Notes under the pieces: generated by a model
What the model saw: the letters and a program-made list of their open reading frames with translations, nothing else
Told to the model about the DNA's origin: nothing
Databases searched by the model: none
From: a bacterium
GTDB lineage: Bacteria > SAR324 > JACQKK01
Direction of reading: 5' to 3'
NCBI GenBank assembly: GCA_965240465.1
Contig: OZ251219.1
Location: 1,184,001 to 1,248,000 of the forward strand
Length of the DNA: 64,000 nt
Shown here: piece after piece, positions 10,821-22,529 of the stretch
Position numbering within the stretch: position 1 is the first letter of the stretch
How the letters are laid out: each line of letters starts with the position of its first letter
Program-made: the position numbers and the translations under genes

Positions 10821-10894
10821 TGAAGTTGGCGATGAAGTTAGCGATGAAGTTAGCGATGAAGTTGGCAGTGAAATTAGCAGTGAAATTGGCAGTG
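10756..10894 (+). repeat. 12-bp degenerate tandem repeat, about 11 copies, between ftsW and the murG core
   Basis: ggcgatgaagtt / agcgatgaagtt / ggcagtgaaatt units. Confidence 0.9.
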
Positions 10895-10917
10895 CAGCTA
10901 TCAGCAGAAAGTTAGTG

Positions 10918-12138
10918 CTAGCCTGTCATGTGTTTGCACTTTTCATCAAAAGGATCAATCGGAGGCTGATTGCCATAACGGCTGATACTCAACAATAATC
11001 CAGTAGCCAACAGATGAAAAGTAATGGCACTACCCCCATAGCTTAACAAGGGAAGTGGCAAGCCCTTAGTGGGAATTAAGCCCATCACCACCGCCATATT
11101 TATCCAGATTTGCAACGAGAACAAACAAGCAATCCCATAAGCCAAATGACGACCAAATCCATCAGCAGTCCGCAAAGCCAAACGAAAAACCCGCCACAAC
11201 AAAAAAACAAATAAAGCGATCACCAGCCACACTCCCAGCAAGCCAAGCTCCTCACCCATAATGGAAAATATGAAATCCGTATGGGCATCAGGCAAAAAAA
11301 ACATTTTTTGCTGGCTATTTCCCAATCCCCGACCAAACCAACCCCCACCTCCCAAAGCCAAATAACTTTGGATTATCTGAAATCCAGAATCTAAACGATC
11401 AGACCAAGGATCCAAAAAAGCCAACAATCTTCTCAAACGATAAGATTGCTGAAATATTAGCCAAGTTCCCAAAGCCCCCAAAGCCGCCATACCCAGCAAT
11501 AAATGACCGGGTTTTCCCCCGCCCGCAAAAACCATCAACATCAAAACTAAGGCTATCAACACCATGTTACCAAAATCAGGCTGCCTCAAAACCAATAGCA
11601 AAAACAGGCTGGCTAATATCAAATTGGGAGCAATACCACGCAAAAATAAGGTGACCCGCTCTGGACGACGATCTAAATAAGATGCCATGTGCAGTACCAA
11701 AATCAACTTCAATAACTCCACTGGCTGAAATCCCAAAGGACCAAAACGCAACCAACGACTAGCCCCACCCGACTCATAACCAATGCCCGGTATTAAAACC
11801 ATCACCAATAATAAAAAAGTCACCAATAACCCTAACGGAATCCACGCCCGTACCCGATGATAAGATACTCGCATCACCAACAACATGGCTACCAAACCAA
11901 CCCCCATATGAAAAAAATGAGCCCGCAGGAATATCAAACTACTGCCATATAAACGCTCCGATAAAGGAGCACTGGCACTGTATATCATCAATGAACCCAG
12001 CATCAGTAACAGCAAGGTTATCACCAAGATAGGTAAGTCATAGCCATGCTGCCGATACCAAATCAAGTATTTTTGGTAGACTTTTTTAATAGACCAAATC
12101 AAGTTTTTTTGGTAGACCAAATTAAATATCTTAGTCAT
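10918..12138 (-). CDS. ftsW: SEDS peptidoglycan glycosyltransferase FtsW
   Basis: GASRW, QPVELLK, QPDFG, LPDAHTDFIF and PTKGLPLPLLSYGGS motifs; upstream of murG. Confidence 0.95.
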   Translation of the reverse strand: MTKIFNLVYQKNLIWSIKKVYQKYLIWYRQHGYDLPILVITLLLLMLGSLMIYSASAPLSERLYGSSLIFLRAHFFHMGVGLVAMLLVMRVSYHRVRAWIPLGLLVTFLLLVMVLIPGIGYESGGASRWLRFGPLGFQPVELLKLILVLHMASYLDRRPERVTLFLRGIAPNLILASLFLLLVLRQPDFGNMVLIALVLMLMVFAGGGKPGHLLLGMAALGALGTWLIFQQSYRLRRLLAFLDPWSDRLDSGFQIIQSYLALGGGGWFGRGLGNSQQKMFFLPDAHTDFIFSIMGEELGLLGVWLVIALFVFLLWRVFRLALRTADGFGRHLAYGIACLFSLQIWINMAVVMGLIPTKGLPLPLLSYGGSAITFHLLATGLLLSISRYGNQPPIDPFDEKCKHMTG

Positions 12139-12221
12139 CAGTTTTTAGTAAGAGGCAGTTTAGGCAATTTTTTGGTTTTTGGTAGACCAAATTAAATATC
12201 TTAGTTATCAGTTATCAGTTT

Positions 12222-13685
12222 TTAGTTATCAGTTGTTAGTAGGTGGCAATTTATGCAACGTTTTAGCCAGTTGCAGTTTGTTTTTTGGCAGTCCACCTGA
12301 GTGCCTTGGAGTGCGAGTACAAATCTTTCTAGGTGTGCAGAGCGTGAGGCTTTGAATCCGAGTACTGCTTTTGGTGTGTTCCAGTGGTTAAGGGCTTGGA
12401 GCAGTTGTGATGCCGAGGAGAAGGTTTGGAGTTTTTTTTGGATGCTGGTCGGAGCTATTTTTTGTAATCCTTGGGCTAGTCCTGAGTTTTCGGGATCGTA
12501 GACGAGGTAGGCGTTCAGTGATGTCGGGAGTTGTTGGGCGAGGATTTGGCAGCTATTGGCGAGTCCGTCTTCCAGTTCGTTGCAGGGTCCGATGACGAGT
12601 ATTTTATGATCTTCGGGTCTTAGGGCGAGGGTTTGGGAGAGGGCGATGATGGTTTCGGGGCTGGCGTTGTAGGTATCATCAATGAGGGTGGCTTTTTCAT
12701 GGCTTTTTGAGAGTTGCATACGCCCTGGTTGTTGAGGATGCCAGTTATTTAGGTGTTGGAGGCAATCATCGGGCAGGTTTAGAGCACGGCAGACTCCCCA
12801 AGCGGCGAGCATGGGCAAAGAGCCGAAGGATCCTGGGATACCTGCTTGCAGCTTGAGTTTGGTTTTTTGATGGACGGCAGTAAATTGCTGATATCCTTGG
12901 GGATTATATTGGAGGTTGGTGGCGTGGAAATCGCTTTGTTGAAGTCCGAAGCTTTGTATTTTGGTATTTTTGGGAGAGAGTTTGCGGGCTAGTTTTCCTA
13001 ATTTTTGGTCGTGAATGCTCCAAAGAGCAGTTCCTTCGGGTTTTAGGCAGGAGAACAATTCGGCTTTGGTTTGATAGATGATCTCTTGAGTTCCGAAGAT
13101 GCCTATATGGGCGTGTCCTACGTTGAGGAGTACGGCTATTGTGGGTGGGGCTATATCGCAGAGGAATTTTATATCACCTGCTTTACGGGCGGAGAATTCT
13201 AGTATTAGGGCGCGTTGGTTGCCGTCTAGGTTTAGGAGGCTGAGTGGTACTCCGATTTCATTATTGAGGGAGGCGGGGGTTTTGAGTATGGGCAGGGCTT
13301 GGGACACCGCATGAGCGACCATTTCTTTGGTGATTGTTTTGCCGTGGCTACCACTGATGGCTACTACTGGCGGGTTATGTAGCTTGAGCAGTTCTCGTGC
13401 CATTGAGGCGAGGGCAGTAGCGGTGTCATTGGTTTGAAGGATTGCACCTTTGAAGTGTGGCAGTTGTATTTTATGGTCGGTGATGAGCAGTTTTATTGTG
13501 GAGAGATGAATTTGTTGAAGGTGTTGATGGGCGTCGCCGTGTGATGTTTTGAAGGCGAAGAAGATTTGCTCTTGCTTTAATTTGCGAGTGTCATAAGCGG
13601 TTCCAGAGAGGTTTTTATGAGGTTCGCTGGGTTTTTGTATCCAGTGTCCGTGGGAGAATTTTTGTGCTTGGGATGGTGTGATCAC
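12222..13685 (-). CDS. murF: UDP-MurNAc-tripeptide--D-Ala-D-Ala ligase
   Basis: ISGSHGKT, NNEIGVP, HAHIG, DDTYNASP and KASRS motifs. Confidence 0.9.
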   Translation of the reverse strand: MITPSQAQKFSHGHWIQKPSEPHKNLSGTAYDTRKLKQEQIFFAFKTSHGDAHQHLQQIHLSTIKLLITDHKIQLPHFKGAILQTNDTATALASMARELLKLHNPPVVAISGSHGKTITKEMVAHAVSQALPILKTPASLNNEIGVPLSLLNLDGNQRALILEFSARKAGDIKFLCDIAPPTIAVLLNVGHAHIGIFGTQEIIYQTKAELFSCLKPEGTALWSIHDQKLGKLARKLSPKNTKIQSFGLQQSDFHATNLQYNPQGYQQFTAVHQKTKLKLQAGIPGSFGSLPMLAAWGVCRALNLPDDCLQHLNNWHPQQPGRMQLSKSHEKATLIDDTYNASPETIIALSQTLALRPEDHKILVIGPCNELEDGLANSCQILAQQLPTSLNAYLVYDPENSGLAQGLQKIAPTSIQKKLQTFSSASQLLQALNHWNTPKAVLGFKASRSAHLERFVLALQGTQVDCQKTNCNWLKRCINCHLLTTDN

Positions 13686-14365
13686 GGGCTAGTTCTGGTG
13701 GAGCGTAGGTAGGGGCGAAGGAACAGATATAGCATCAATGCGAGCAGGGACAGGTATAGGTAGGCAAATCTTTTCAGGTTGAGACCTTGTATGGTGAGCA
13801 TCAGGTCGTATCCGCCGTGGGCGATGATGGCTATGAGTAGTCCTGAGAGCATGAACAGATATTTTGCCCATCCATTTTTTGTATTGGAGCTAAAGGATAT
13901 TCCTATTCCCAAGGGGATGCTGAACAGTGCATGAGCGGGGATGGTAAGTACGCTGCGAAGCAATAGTACGGGGGTTCCGAAGCGTTCTAGATAGAAGATA
14001 TTTTCCACCACTGCGAAGCTGGTAGCTACGGCTACGGCAGCCATTATTGCGTGAGGGAGGGGTCGTGTATGGCGAGGGTTAAACAGCAGAATCAGCACTA
14101 GCCATTTGGAAAATTCTTCATTTAGTCCGACGCACAATCCCCAGAAGATGCTGTAATGCCAGAGATTATTGGCACCGTCCCAGAACAGAGTTTCTTGCTC
14201 TACGAGATTGTTAAGCGACAGAGCCAGCAATGCCGACAAGGCACCGCCAAGTACCAGCCAAATGATAAATAAGGGATTGCGTCCTTGCCAGTTTCCGCGA
14301 CTAAGTAGCCACCATATTAGCATTAAAGCGGGTGCTAGCGCGATAGTGAACAGCCATAAATTCAC
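13682..14365 (-). CDS. PrsW-family intramembrane metalloprotease
   Basis: Multi-TM protein with EEFSK, FAVVEN, PAHALF and HGGYD PrsW motifs. Confidence 0.85.
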   Translation of the reverse strand: MNLWLFTIALAPALMLIWWLLSRGNWQGRNPLFIIWLVLGGALSALLALSLNNLVEQETLFWDGANNLWHYSIFWGLCVGLNEEFSKWLVLILLFNPRHTRPLPHAIMAAVAVATSFAVVENIFYLERFGTPVLLLRSVLTIPAHALFSIPLGIGISFSSNTKNGWAKYLFMLSGLLIAIIAHGGYDLMLTIQGLNLKRFAYLYLSLLALMLYLFLRPYLRSTRTSP

Positions 14366-15696
14366 AAAGATAATCCTTCAGATCCCATATTTTGCAGCTC
14401 CATATTTTGTAACAAATACTGGGTTATTTTTTGCCATTTATCCTCCAGTTTAGCATCTATTCGGGCTGCTTCCAGCGATTGTCGTGCCAGAGGAAAGTCT
14501 CCCTGAGCGATTGCCAACAAGCCCAGCATCACCCGAGACAAAGGCCAGCGTGAGGGATTATCGCGCAGCATTTCTTTTAGATCCTTGATACCTCCTTGTA
14601 ATATTTCGCGGCTGGGTAGCTGCTTGATAGTCCACAAATAGCGAGCATATGCCTCATTCTCTCGTTCTTGAGCAATGTAGATCAGCCCCAGATTAAGGTG
14701 TACATAAAGTAAATTAGGATTTAGCACCAGGGCTTGGCGACTGTAAAAATCGGCTTCGGTGTAATTGCCTAGTATGTAGCTTACCCAGCCCAAATTTCCC
14801 AAGGCAAAATAATTATTAAAATGTAAAACCACTTCCTTATATGAATTGGCAGCTTTTTGCATGTAAAATGGAGCATAAATAGACAAACCATCTGCTTGCA
14901 ATTGATACCCTTTCTCGTAATGCACGTTAGCCAGTGCCTGATGCAATTCCGCCCGCTTAGCTAAGTCATCGGCTTGATCAAGACCACGATTCAAAATCCG
15001 CACCGCTCCATGATAATCGCCCGCACTCCTACTCAAGCCACTTCCTGCAATCACATGATGGTCTATGGAGCCAGAATTGGTTTGTAGAGGCCCCCAAACT
15101 CCGTAGCGTTTTAGGAGAATCTCCCAGCGCTTATCTAGGGTTCGCCTAGTAAATTGAGGTACTATTTCGCCATCAGATTCTGAAAAAATCCCAAACTTGC
15201 TCGCCCGTTTCTTCAATCCGTCCCACCACTGACGCATATCGGAGTACGGTGCCTCAGTTTCTTGTTGTGGTCGGTCATTGCTAATAAAGCGTTCCCACCA
15301 GTGCTTTCCTTCTTCTTGCCCAATCGAAAAACTTAACTTCAGTGGCTCTGGAACCCTAGGAAAAACCAAAAATAAAAACATATAAACCAATAACACCGAA
15401 CCCAACATCCCCCACATCGCCCAACTAGAAGATTGCAAATTCTGCTCTGTCCCAGCCTGACGCCACCAACCCGATGCCCTACGAAACTCACCCAAGGCAA
15501 CACGCCACGAACTGCTCTTCAAAAACGCATTAGCCTTAGAATAATGCACAACAGCATTATCCTCGGCACGTATTCCTCTCATCCCCCATCTCCATCGCCG
15601 CAAACGATCAAAAAAACCCTTCCAGCCAATTAGGCGTCGTTTTAGTGAATCTAGCTCTGCCATTCTTGCACCATACTTGCGTTGTCCTGTTCTCAC
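14362..15696 (-). CDS. Membrane-anchored tetratricopeptide-repeat protein
   Basis: One TM segment; TPR-like helices (ALGNLGWVSY...ALVLNP...VHLNLGLIY). Confidence 0.65.
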   Translation of the reverse strand: MRTGQRKYGARMAELDSLKRRLIGWKGFFDRLRRWRWGMRGIRAEDNAVVHYSKANAFLKSSSWRVALGEFRRASGWWRQAGTEQNLQSSSWAMWGMLGSVLLVYMFLFLVFPRVPEPLKLSFSIGQEEGKHWWERFISNDRPQQETEAPYSDMRQWWDGLKKRASKFGIFSESDGEIVPQFTRRTLDKRWEILLKRYGVWGPLQTNSGSIDHHVIAGSGLSRSAGDYHGAVRILNRGLDQADDLAKRAELHQALANVHYEKGYQLQADGLSIYAPFYMQKAANSYKEVVLHFNNYFALGNLGWVSYILGNYTEADFYSRQALVLNPNLLYVHLNLGLIYIAQERENEAYARYLWTIKQLPSREILQGGIKDLKEMLRDNPSRWPLSRVMLGLLAIAQGDFPLARQSLEAARIDAKLEDKWQKITQYLLQNMELQNMGSEGLSL

Positions 15697-15800
15697 TCAG
15701 CTCGCCTACATTAAGCTCTACCACTACCTCTATTTTGTATTAAAAGCATGGGGCTGTCTAGTTTTGTTTATGGAGCAGAATCTACTAGGCACTTAGTAAA

Positions 15801-15829
15801 TTGACAATCAGGCGTTTTAAGGGTATATT
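15801..15829 (+). promoter_or_regulatory. Sigma70-type promoter for the 15941-17111 gene pair
   Basis: TTGACA (15801-15806), 17-bp spacer, TATATT (15824-15829). Confidence 0.6.
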
Positions 15830-15940
15830 TGGGGAAGTCCCCCCACAAATCGGTCTTGACATATCTCAGCATTGTATTATAGAAAGGGGGGCAAAGCTTC
15901 TTATAGGAGTTCTAAGAAATGGTTATGGTAGGCGGTAAAA

Positions 15941-16435
15941 ATGAAATGGTGGGAATTAGTGTTGACGCTGGTGCGGGCTTTTGGTTGGGTGTTGGGTATA
16001 GGTGCTATATTTTTTCTTGCTCCCTTATATACAAGATATGTTTCCTTGTATTTAACACCAAAAGGAACGTTTGATGATAATGTTGCTTCCACGCTTTCAG
16101 TTCAACTTGCTATGCTCCAGCTGGGTCTGACAGCATTTGGGATCAGCATAGCAGTTTTAGCCATTTTTGGTTTTAAGATCATAAAAGAGGAGGCTGTTAA
16201 AGTAGCAGAAGAGAAGGCTGATGAAGTGGCAGAAAAGAAGGCTGGTAAAGTGGCAGAAAAGAAGGCTGGTAAAGTGGCAGAAAAGAAGGCTGATAAAGTA
16301 GCAAAAGAAGTAGCTGGTAAAGTAGCAAAAGAAGTAGCTGGTAAAGTAGCAAAAGAAGTAGCTGGTAAAGTGGCAAAAGAAGTAAGAGCATCAACGCAGT
16401 TTAAAGACTATTCTGACGACGATATACCTTTTTAA
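15941..16435 (+). CDS. Hypothetical 2-TM membrane protein with 8-aa Lys/Glu/Ala repeats and C-terminal DDDIPF
   Basis: Two hydrophobic segments, 24-bp repeats (KVAEKKAG/KVAKEVAG), ends DYSDDDIPF. Confidence 0.7.
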   Translation: MKWWELVLTLVRAFGWVLGIGAIFFLAPLYTRYVSLYLTPKGTFDDNVASTLSVQLAMLQLGLTAFGISIAVLAIFGFKIIKEEAVKVAEEKADEVAEKKAGKVAEKKAGKVAEKKADKVAKEVAGKVAKEVAGKVAKEVAGKVAKEVRASTQFKDYSDDDIPF

Positions 16436-16475
16436 TAAAATTATTGCAGAACAAATTTTTAGTGAGAACAGTGAA

Positions 16476-17111
16476 ATGGTAATGTCACATAAAGAAGCTT
16501 TTGGTATTATAGAGAAATATCACCGAGAAAACTCCTACCCGCCAGTAGATGTGGTAGAACTTGCAAGAAGGTTTGGGGTCAAGGAAATTAATAAATTCAG
16601 TGGTGCAGGTGCAATAGACCCCGAAAGTTTATCTAGTATTATAGATTCTATTAAGATAACGCTTAATCAAATGGAGGCAAAGTATAAAAGTAATAGAGTA
16701 TCAGGATATGTTCGTAGAGTTGACAAAGATAACGAGAATGAAGGGTATATTATTGGGGTAAATCAAGATGATGCAAAAGTAAGACAACGCTTTAGCATAT
16801 CCCATGAAATTGCCCACATTGTTCTACATAGTGCTCTTATTGGTGATGGGATAAAGGATATGATTAATAAAAAAATTGGTTCTGATGATAGTAAAAATGG
16901 TGTGGATAAAAATGAAGAAAATTACTCCCTATACAGAAGTGGTTTGTCTAACTCTGTGGAGACCAGTGCAAATGATCTCGCGGCTAGAATCTTAATGCCA
17001 TTAAAATTTATTGAAGAGGCGATAAAAAGTGGCGTGAAAGATATACCAGCTCTGGCAGAATTGTTTGGGGTTTCTGAGCAGGCTATGACAATAAGAGTAA
17101 AAAAACTTTAG
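16476..17111 (+). CDS. ImmA/IrrE-family metallo-endopeptidase (Peptidase M78-like)
   Basis: PVDVVELA, RQRFSISHEIAH (HExxH), ETSANDLAARILMP and LAELFGVSEQAM segments; AT-rich. Confidence 0.88.
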   Translation: MVMSHKEAFGIIEKYHRENSYPPVDVVELARRFGVKEINKFSGAGAIDPESLSSIIDSIKITLNQMEAKYKSNRVSGYVRRVDKDNENEGYIIGVNQDDAKVRQRFSISHEIAHIVLHSALIGDGIKDMINKKIGSDDSKNGVDKNEENYSLYRSGLSNSVETSANDLAARILMPLKFIEEAIKSGVKDIPALAELFGVSEQAMTIRVKKL

Positions 17112-17228
17112 GAATTTTAATCCCGCCCCGATGTCAACAACTCTCCCCTGAGTGATCCCTTTGCAATGGGCTTCCTATCGGGAGGCGGGGGGCGGGGGGT
17201 GTTGCTATTTAAGATAGGCGGGGGTGTG

Positions 17229-19292
17229 CTATCTAAGATAGGCAGCGTTGGTTTTCAGGGTTTGGTTGAGCATCTGCAGGAATTCCGCGGGTGTGGATAC
17301 TACTCCTGCATGCCTCCAGAGGATGGTGTTATCGGGGGATAGGATGACGTAGTAGGGCAGGGCGATGGTTTGAAAGCGTTGGAGTTGGAGTTCTTGGTTG
17401 GGTATTTGGTAGGGGCCGCCATCGGTATAGAGTTTTGCGAGGGCGAATTTTTCTTTGAAGGTTTGATGGATTTCAGGGTGTGAGAAGATTCGTGCTTCCA
17501 TCCAGCGACAGTTGATGCAGGTATAGCCAGTGAAGTCCACAAAGACAGGTTTTTTCTGGCGGCGAGCTTGTTGTAGTGCTAGGGCGAGGGTTTCGTTCCA
17601 GGGCAGATTGTGGGAGGAGAGCTGATTGATGGATCTAAATTGACGAGCTTGTTTTCGGTCAGGGTTTATTTTTGTTGCCAGCGAGGCGGAATTATCAAAG
17701 GGAGGGAGATAGGCTTCCACATAGGAGTTGAGAATATATCCGTTGGCACCCAAGACAAAATAAGCAGCCAGCCCCGCAAAACCAGCCGCAAATAGCAGTC
17801 GCAGCTTAGATAAAGACAAGTGCCGCCCAATAAAGGGCAAAGGCGGAAACCCAATAAGAATCACGACAGCTATTCCCGTCAGGACGCTCCACATTATCAG
17901 CAAGTTAGAACGAGTGAGCAATCCCCAGCCCCAAATGAGGTCGGCATTACTGATGAACTTTAAGGCAGCCATGAGTTCAACTAAGCCCAAAATGGATTTG
18001 AATAAGGTCATCCAAGCTCCGCCCTTTCCTTGCATGAGGCCCAACAGGCGCGGCGACATGGAAATCAGTACAAACGGTAATGCAAATACAGCCGAATAAG
18101 TAAGCATTCCGATGAGCGGCCAGAAAGTCTGCCCCTGAGTAGCCGCCAGTAGTAGAGTCCCCACAAATGGCGCGGTGCAAGTAAAAGAAGTTATCGCAAA
18201 TGCCATCCCCATAAGAATAATCCCCCCCGTACCCTTGATGTTCTGCGACCATCGCACAAAACGATTGATGAAATTGTTGGGTAGCGAAAAATTAAAAAGT
18301 CCCAGTAAAGAAAATCCAAATAAAATAAACAAACACCCAATCACCAAATTAACCAGCGGATGAGACGCAAAACGCAAAATGCCAGTAGCTCCAAACAGAA
18401 CAGTAGCTCCAAAACCCAAGGAGGTAATGCTGAATACAATTCCCAAACCAAAAACTAGCACTAATTTTAATCTGACCCGAGTAGGATTCTCCGATTCCAC
18501 GCCATCAGACCGCAAAAAGAAAGATACCGTGATGGGAATCAAAGGAAATACACAGGGCGTCAACAAGGCGAATAATCCAAAACTGGCAGCCAACAGAAGA
18601 AACTTCCACACTCCGCTAAATAAAATTGCCTGCATGTTATCAGGACTAGCATGTAAGCGTCCTTGCTTGTCAATAAGGTCTACACTCCGCTCCATGTAAG
18701 CCTGAGCAGGACGCACCTCACCCGCAGACAGATTCACAATAGCTAACAGTTCTCTGGAAATAGGTCGGGTGCAATATTCATCGCTGCAAACCTGCCAATT
18801 TATTCTCAAAGGAATGCTCGTAGGACCATAAGACGGCACGTCCTGGGGTACTTGAAAATTTTGGTAAAACCGAGCCGTGTTCTTATGTAGTGCCAAAGGA
18901 ATTGCAAAAGCAGGATCCTCCTCTAACAAGGGATTGGTCTCATATGCCTCCCCTAGCACTCTCATGCTGGTATCGCTGACAATTAACTTGCTCGGCGGCG
19001 GAGCAAAACGGCTCTCAGAGGGTATCAAAGAGTAAATATGCCAGCCGCGCACAATGTTCACGGTAACCAATACCCGAAAATGCTCACCAGGATGAACTTC
19101 CCTCGGCTCGGTGGAGGTCGTAAAATGAACCAACTTACTAGGAAGAACCTGACGCGGATTCTGTAACCCCACCCCCTCAGCACCACGAAAATCCGCCTCC
19201 TTACCCAAACCCGCCCTAGGTAAAACCAAAAATCCCAACAAGGCTAGCATCAGCAACCGAGAACCAACCTGATTGCTGTGCTTAAACTTCAT
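17229..19292 (-). CDS. dsbD: Thiol:disulfide interchange protein DsbD
   Basis: N-domain QVCSDEYC, TM LTPCVFP and FTCTAP, thioredoxin CINC. Confidence 0.88.
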   Translation of the reverse strand: MKFKHSNQVGSRLLMLALLGFLVLPRAGLGKEADFRGAEGVGLQNPRQVLPSKLVHFTTSTEPREVHPGEHFRVLVTVNIVRGWHIYSLIPSESRFAPPPSKLIVSDTSMRVLGEAYETNPLLEEDPAFAIPLALHKNTARFYQNFQVPQDVPSYGPTSIPLRINWQVCSDEYCTRPISRELLAIVNLSAGEVRPAQAYMERSVDLIDKQGRLHASPDNMQAILFSGVWKFLLLAASFGLFALLTPCVFPLIPITVSFFLRSDGVESENPTRVRLKLVLVFGLGIVFSITSLGFGATVLFGATGILRFASHPLVNLVIGCLFILFGFSLLGLFNFSLPNNFINRFVRWSQNIKGTGGIILMGMAFAITSFTCTAPFVGTLLLAATQGQTFWPLIGMLTYSAVFALPFVLISMSPRLLGLMQGKGGAWMTLFKSILGLVELMAALKFISNADLIWGWGLLTRSNLLIMWSVLTGIAVVILIGFPPLPFIGRHLSLSKLRLLFAAGFAGLAAYFVLGANGYILNSYVEAYLPPFDNSASLATKINPDRKQARQFRSINQLSSHNLPWNETLALALQQARRQKKPVFVDFTGYTCINCRWMEARIFSHPEIHQTFKEKFALAKLYTDGGPYQIPNQELQLQRFQTIALPYYVILSPDNTILWRHAGVVSTPAEFLQMLNQTLKTNAAYLR

Positions 19293-19392
19293 AATACTTT
19301 ATGATAACATGCAGAAAATTACTCTTGGACTAAACTTACAACTAATTAGCTTCTCTCACCTCTTATTTTGATCCTAGCCCTCTAAGGAATAA

Positions 19393-20691
<1,299 letters not shown>

Positions 20692-20761
20692 TTGAGGTCT
20701 AAAAAAGGGATATTTAAGCTCATCCCCCCTTACCACCCCCCACCCCCCCCCCAAGCAAAGC

Positions 20762-21148
20762 TTATCCAGCTAGCTGAATCAATTCAATTGGGTAGCTATC
20801 AGGGTCTCTCACAAAGGCGATCACCGAACCCCCAAATTTCATGGGTCCGGGTTTGCGATAGACATCAACGCCGCCGACCTCCATTCTGGCACAGGTCTCA
20901 TAGATGTCTTTCACCCCGATGGCAAGGTGTCCCCAGCCATCTCCTTGGGAATAATCGGCTTTCTGATCCCAGTTAAAGGTGAGCTCAATCTGGGAACTGG
21001 CAGGTAAATTATCATAGCCAAGGAAGGTTAAAGTAAAGCGTCCCTCGGGGTACTCCTTTTGGCGAAGTACCTTCATCTGCAGGTACTCGGTATAAAAAAC
21101 AATAGACCGATCTTGGTCGCGAACGCGTATCATCGTGTGTAAAAACAT
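20762..21148 (-). CDS. gloA: Lactoylglutathione lyase (glyoxalase I)
   Basis: LHTMIRV, IELTFNW, GHLAIGV and DPDSYPIELI motifs. Confidence 0.93.
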   Translation of the reverse strand: MFLHTMIRVRDQDRSIVFYTEYLQMKVLRQKEYPEGRFTLTFLGYDNLPASSQIELTFNWDQKADYSQGDGWGHLAIGVKDIYETCARMEVGGVDVYRKPGPMKFGGSVIAFVRDPDSYPIELIQLAG

Positions 21149-21238
21149 AGCCTTATACCGTCTAGATAACCAATTCGCCAGCCTCGCCTATATTAATCAG
21201 CCTCGCCCAGCCTCGCCCAGCCTCGCCCTCCATAAGCG

Positions 21239-22357
21239 TTAGATGCCCAGTGCTTGTTTGGGGGGAATGTAGTCTAGGTCTTGTGCTTGGGCGACTGCTT
21301 GACAGGTTAGTTTTCCTTTATGGATGTTCAGCCCTGAAAGCAGGTTGGGGTCTTCATGCATGGCAGCCCTTGGTCCTTTGTTAACCAGCGCGATGACAAA
21401 GGGCAGGGTAGCATTACCAAGGGCATAGGCAGAAGTTCTAGCGACGGCCCCTGGCATGTTAGCCACGCAGTAATGGACGATGCCGAGTTCGGTGAAGGTG
21501 GGATCTTCATGGGTAGTCGGGTAGGAGCTTTCAAAGCAGCCGCCTTGGTCAATGGATACATCCACGATGGCGGAAGCGGGTTTCATGAGAGCCAACATGT
21601 CGCGGGTGACCAGTTTTGGGGCTTCGGCACCAGCGATTAGTACTGCCCCGATTACGAGGTCAGCACTTTTGAGGGAGCGTTCCAGATATTCTTGGTTGGA
21701 GTATATGGTTTCCAATTTACCACCGAATACGGTGTCTATAATTGCCAATCGCGAAAGTGAATGATCCAGAATGGTCACCCGAGCCCTCAATCCCATTGCC
21801 ATGAGGGCTGCGTTGGTACCGACTACTCCGCCTCCCAAAATGAGCACATGAGCTGGCGGCACCCCAGGGACTCCGCCTAGCAACATGCCCGAGCCTCCAT
21901 GGGCTTTTTCCAAGCAGAACGCTCCTGCCTGAACGGACATGCGTCCAGCTACTTCGCTCATGGGGGCGAGCAAGGGCAATCCGCCTTGGTAGGAGGTCAC
22001 GGTTTCATAGGCGATTGCGGTACATTTACTCTTTAGCAATCCTTGCGTTTGAGGGGCATCGGGGGCTAGGTGAAGATAGGTGAACAGGGTTTGATCTTCT
22101 CTCAGCATTGCAATCTCGGATGCCTGAGGCTCTTTTACTTTGATCACCAATTCGGCATTATCAAAGACTTCTTTTGCGGTTCCCACCACACTTGCTCCTA
22201 CCTCGCGGTAGACATCATCATTACAGCCAATTCCAATCCCGCAGCTACTTTGGGTTATGACCTCGTGTCCATTATGTACCAACTCTCTCACGGCAGCGGG
22301 TGTCAGGCCTACTCGGTGCTCTTGCACTTTAATTTCCTTGGGTACTCCTACTAGCAA
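21239..22357 (-). CDS. ald: Alanine dehydrogenase
   Basis: GVPKEIK, KVKEP, PMSEVAG, GGGVVG, IDQGGC and YCVANMPGAV motifs. Confidence 0.97.
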   Translation of the reverse strand: MLVGVPKEIKVQEHRVGLTPAAVRELVHNGHEVITQSSCGIGIGCNDDVYREVGASVVGTAKEVFDNAELVIKVKEPQASEIAMLREDQTLFTYLHLAPDAPQTQGLLKSKCTAIAYETVTSYQGGLPLLAPMSEVAGRMSVQAGAFCLEKAHGGSGMLLGGVPGVPPAHVLILGGGVVGTNAALMAMGLRARVTILDHSLSRLAIIDTVFGGKLETIYSNQEYLERSLKSADLVIGAVLIAGAEAPKLVTRDMLALMKPASAIVDVSIDQGGCFESSYPTTHEDPTFTELGIVHYCVANMPGAVARTSAYALGNATLPFVIALVNKGPRAAMHEDPNLLSGLNIHKGKLTCQAVAQAQDLDYIPPKQALGI

Positions 22358-22529
22358 GATTTATTCTCCATTGGGATGTGATAAAAATAACAGCTTAAAT
22401 TGCTCAGATTAGATAAATAAACAGATCAAATATAATTAATAAGCAACATGCAAATCCGACAGGTACTACACTCCAGCTATTTTTGCAAAAGATTATTATG
22501 GGGTAGCCCAAGATACTAGAAATCGCGGT

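Noticed and set aside
10733-10915. (MKLA)n peptide ORF and other repeat-derived ORFs (6638-6940, 34370-34750, 35162-35356)
   Set aside because: Open only because the repeat unit lacks stops; no RBS or protein-like content.
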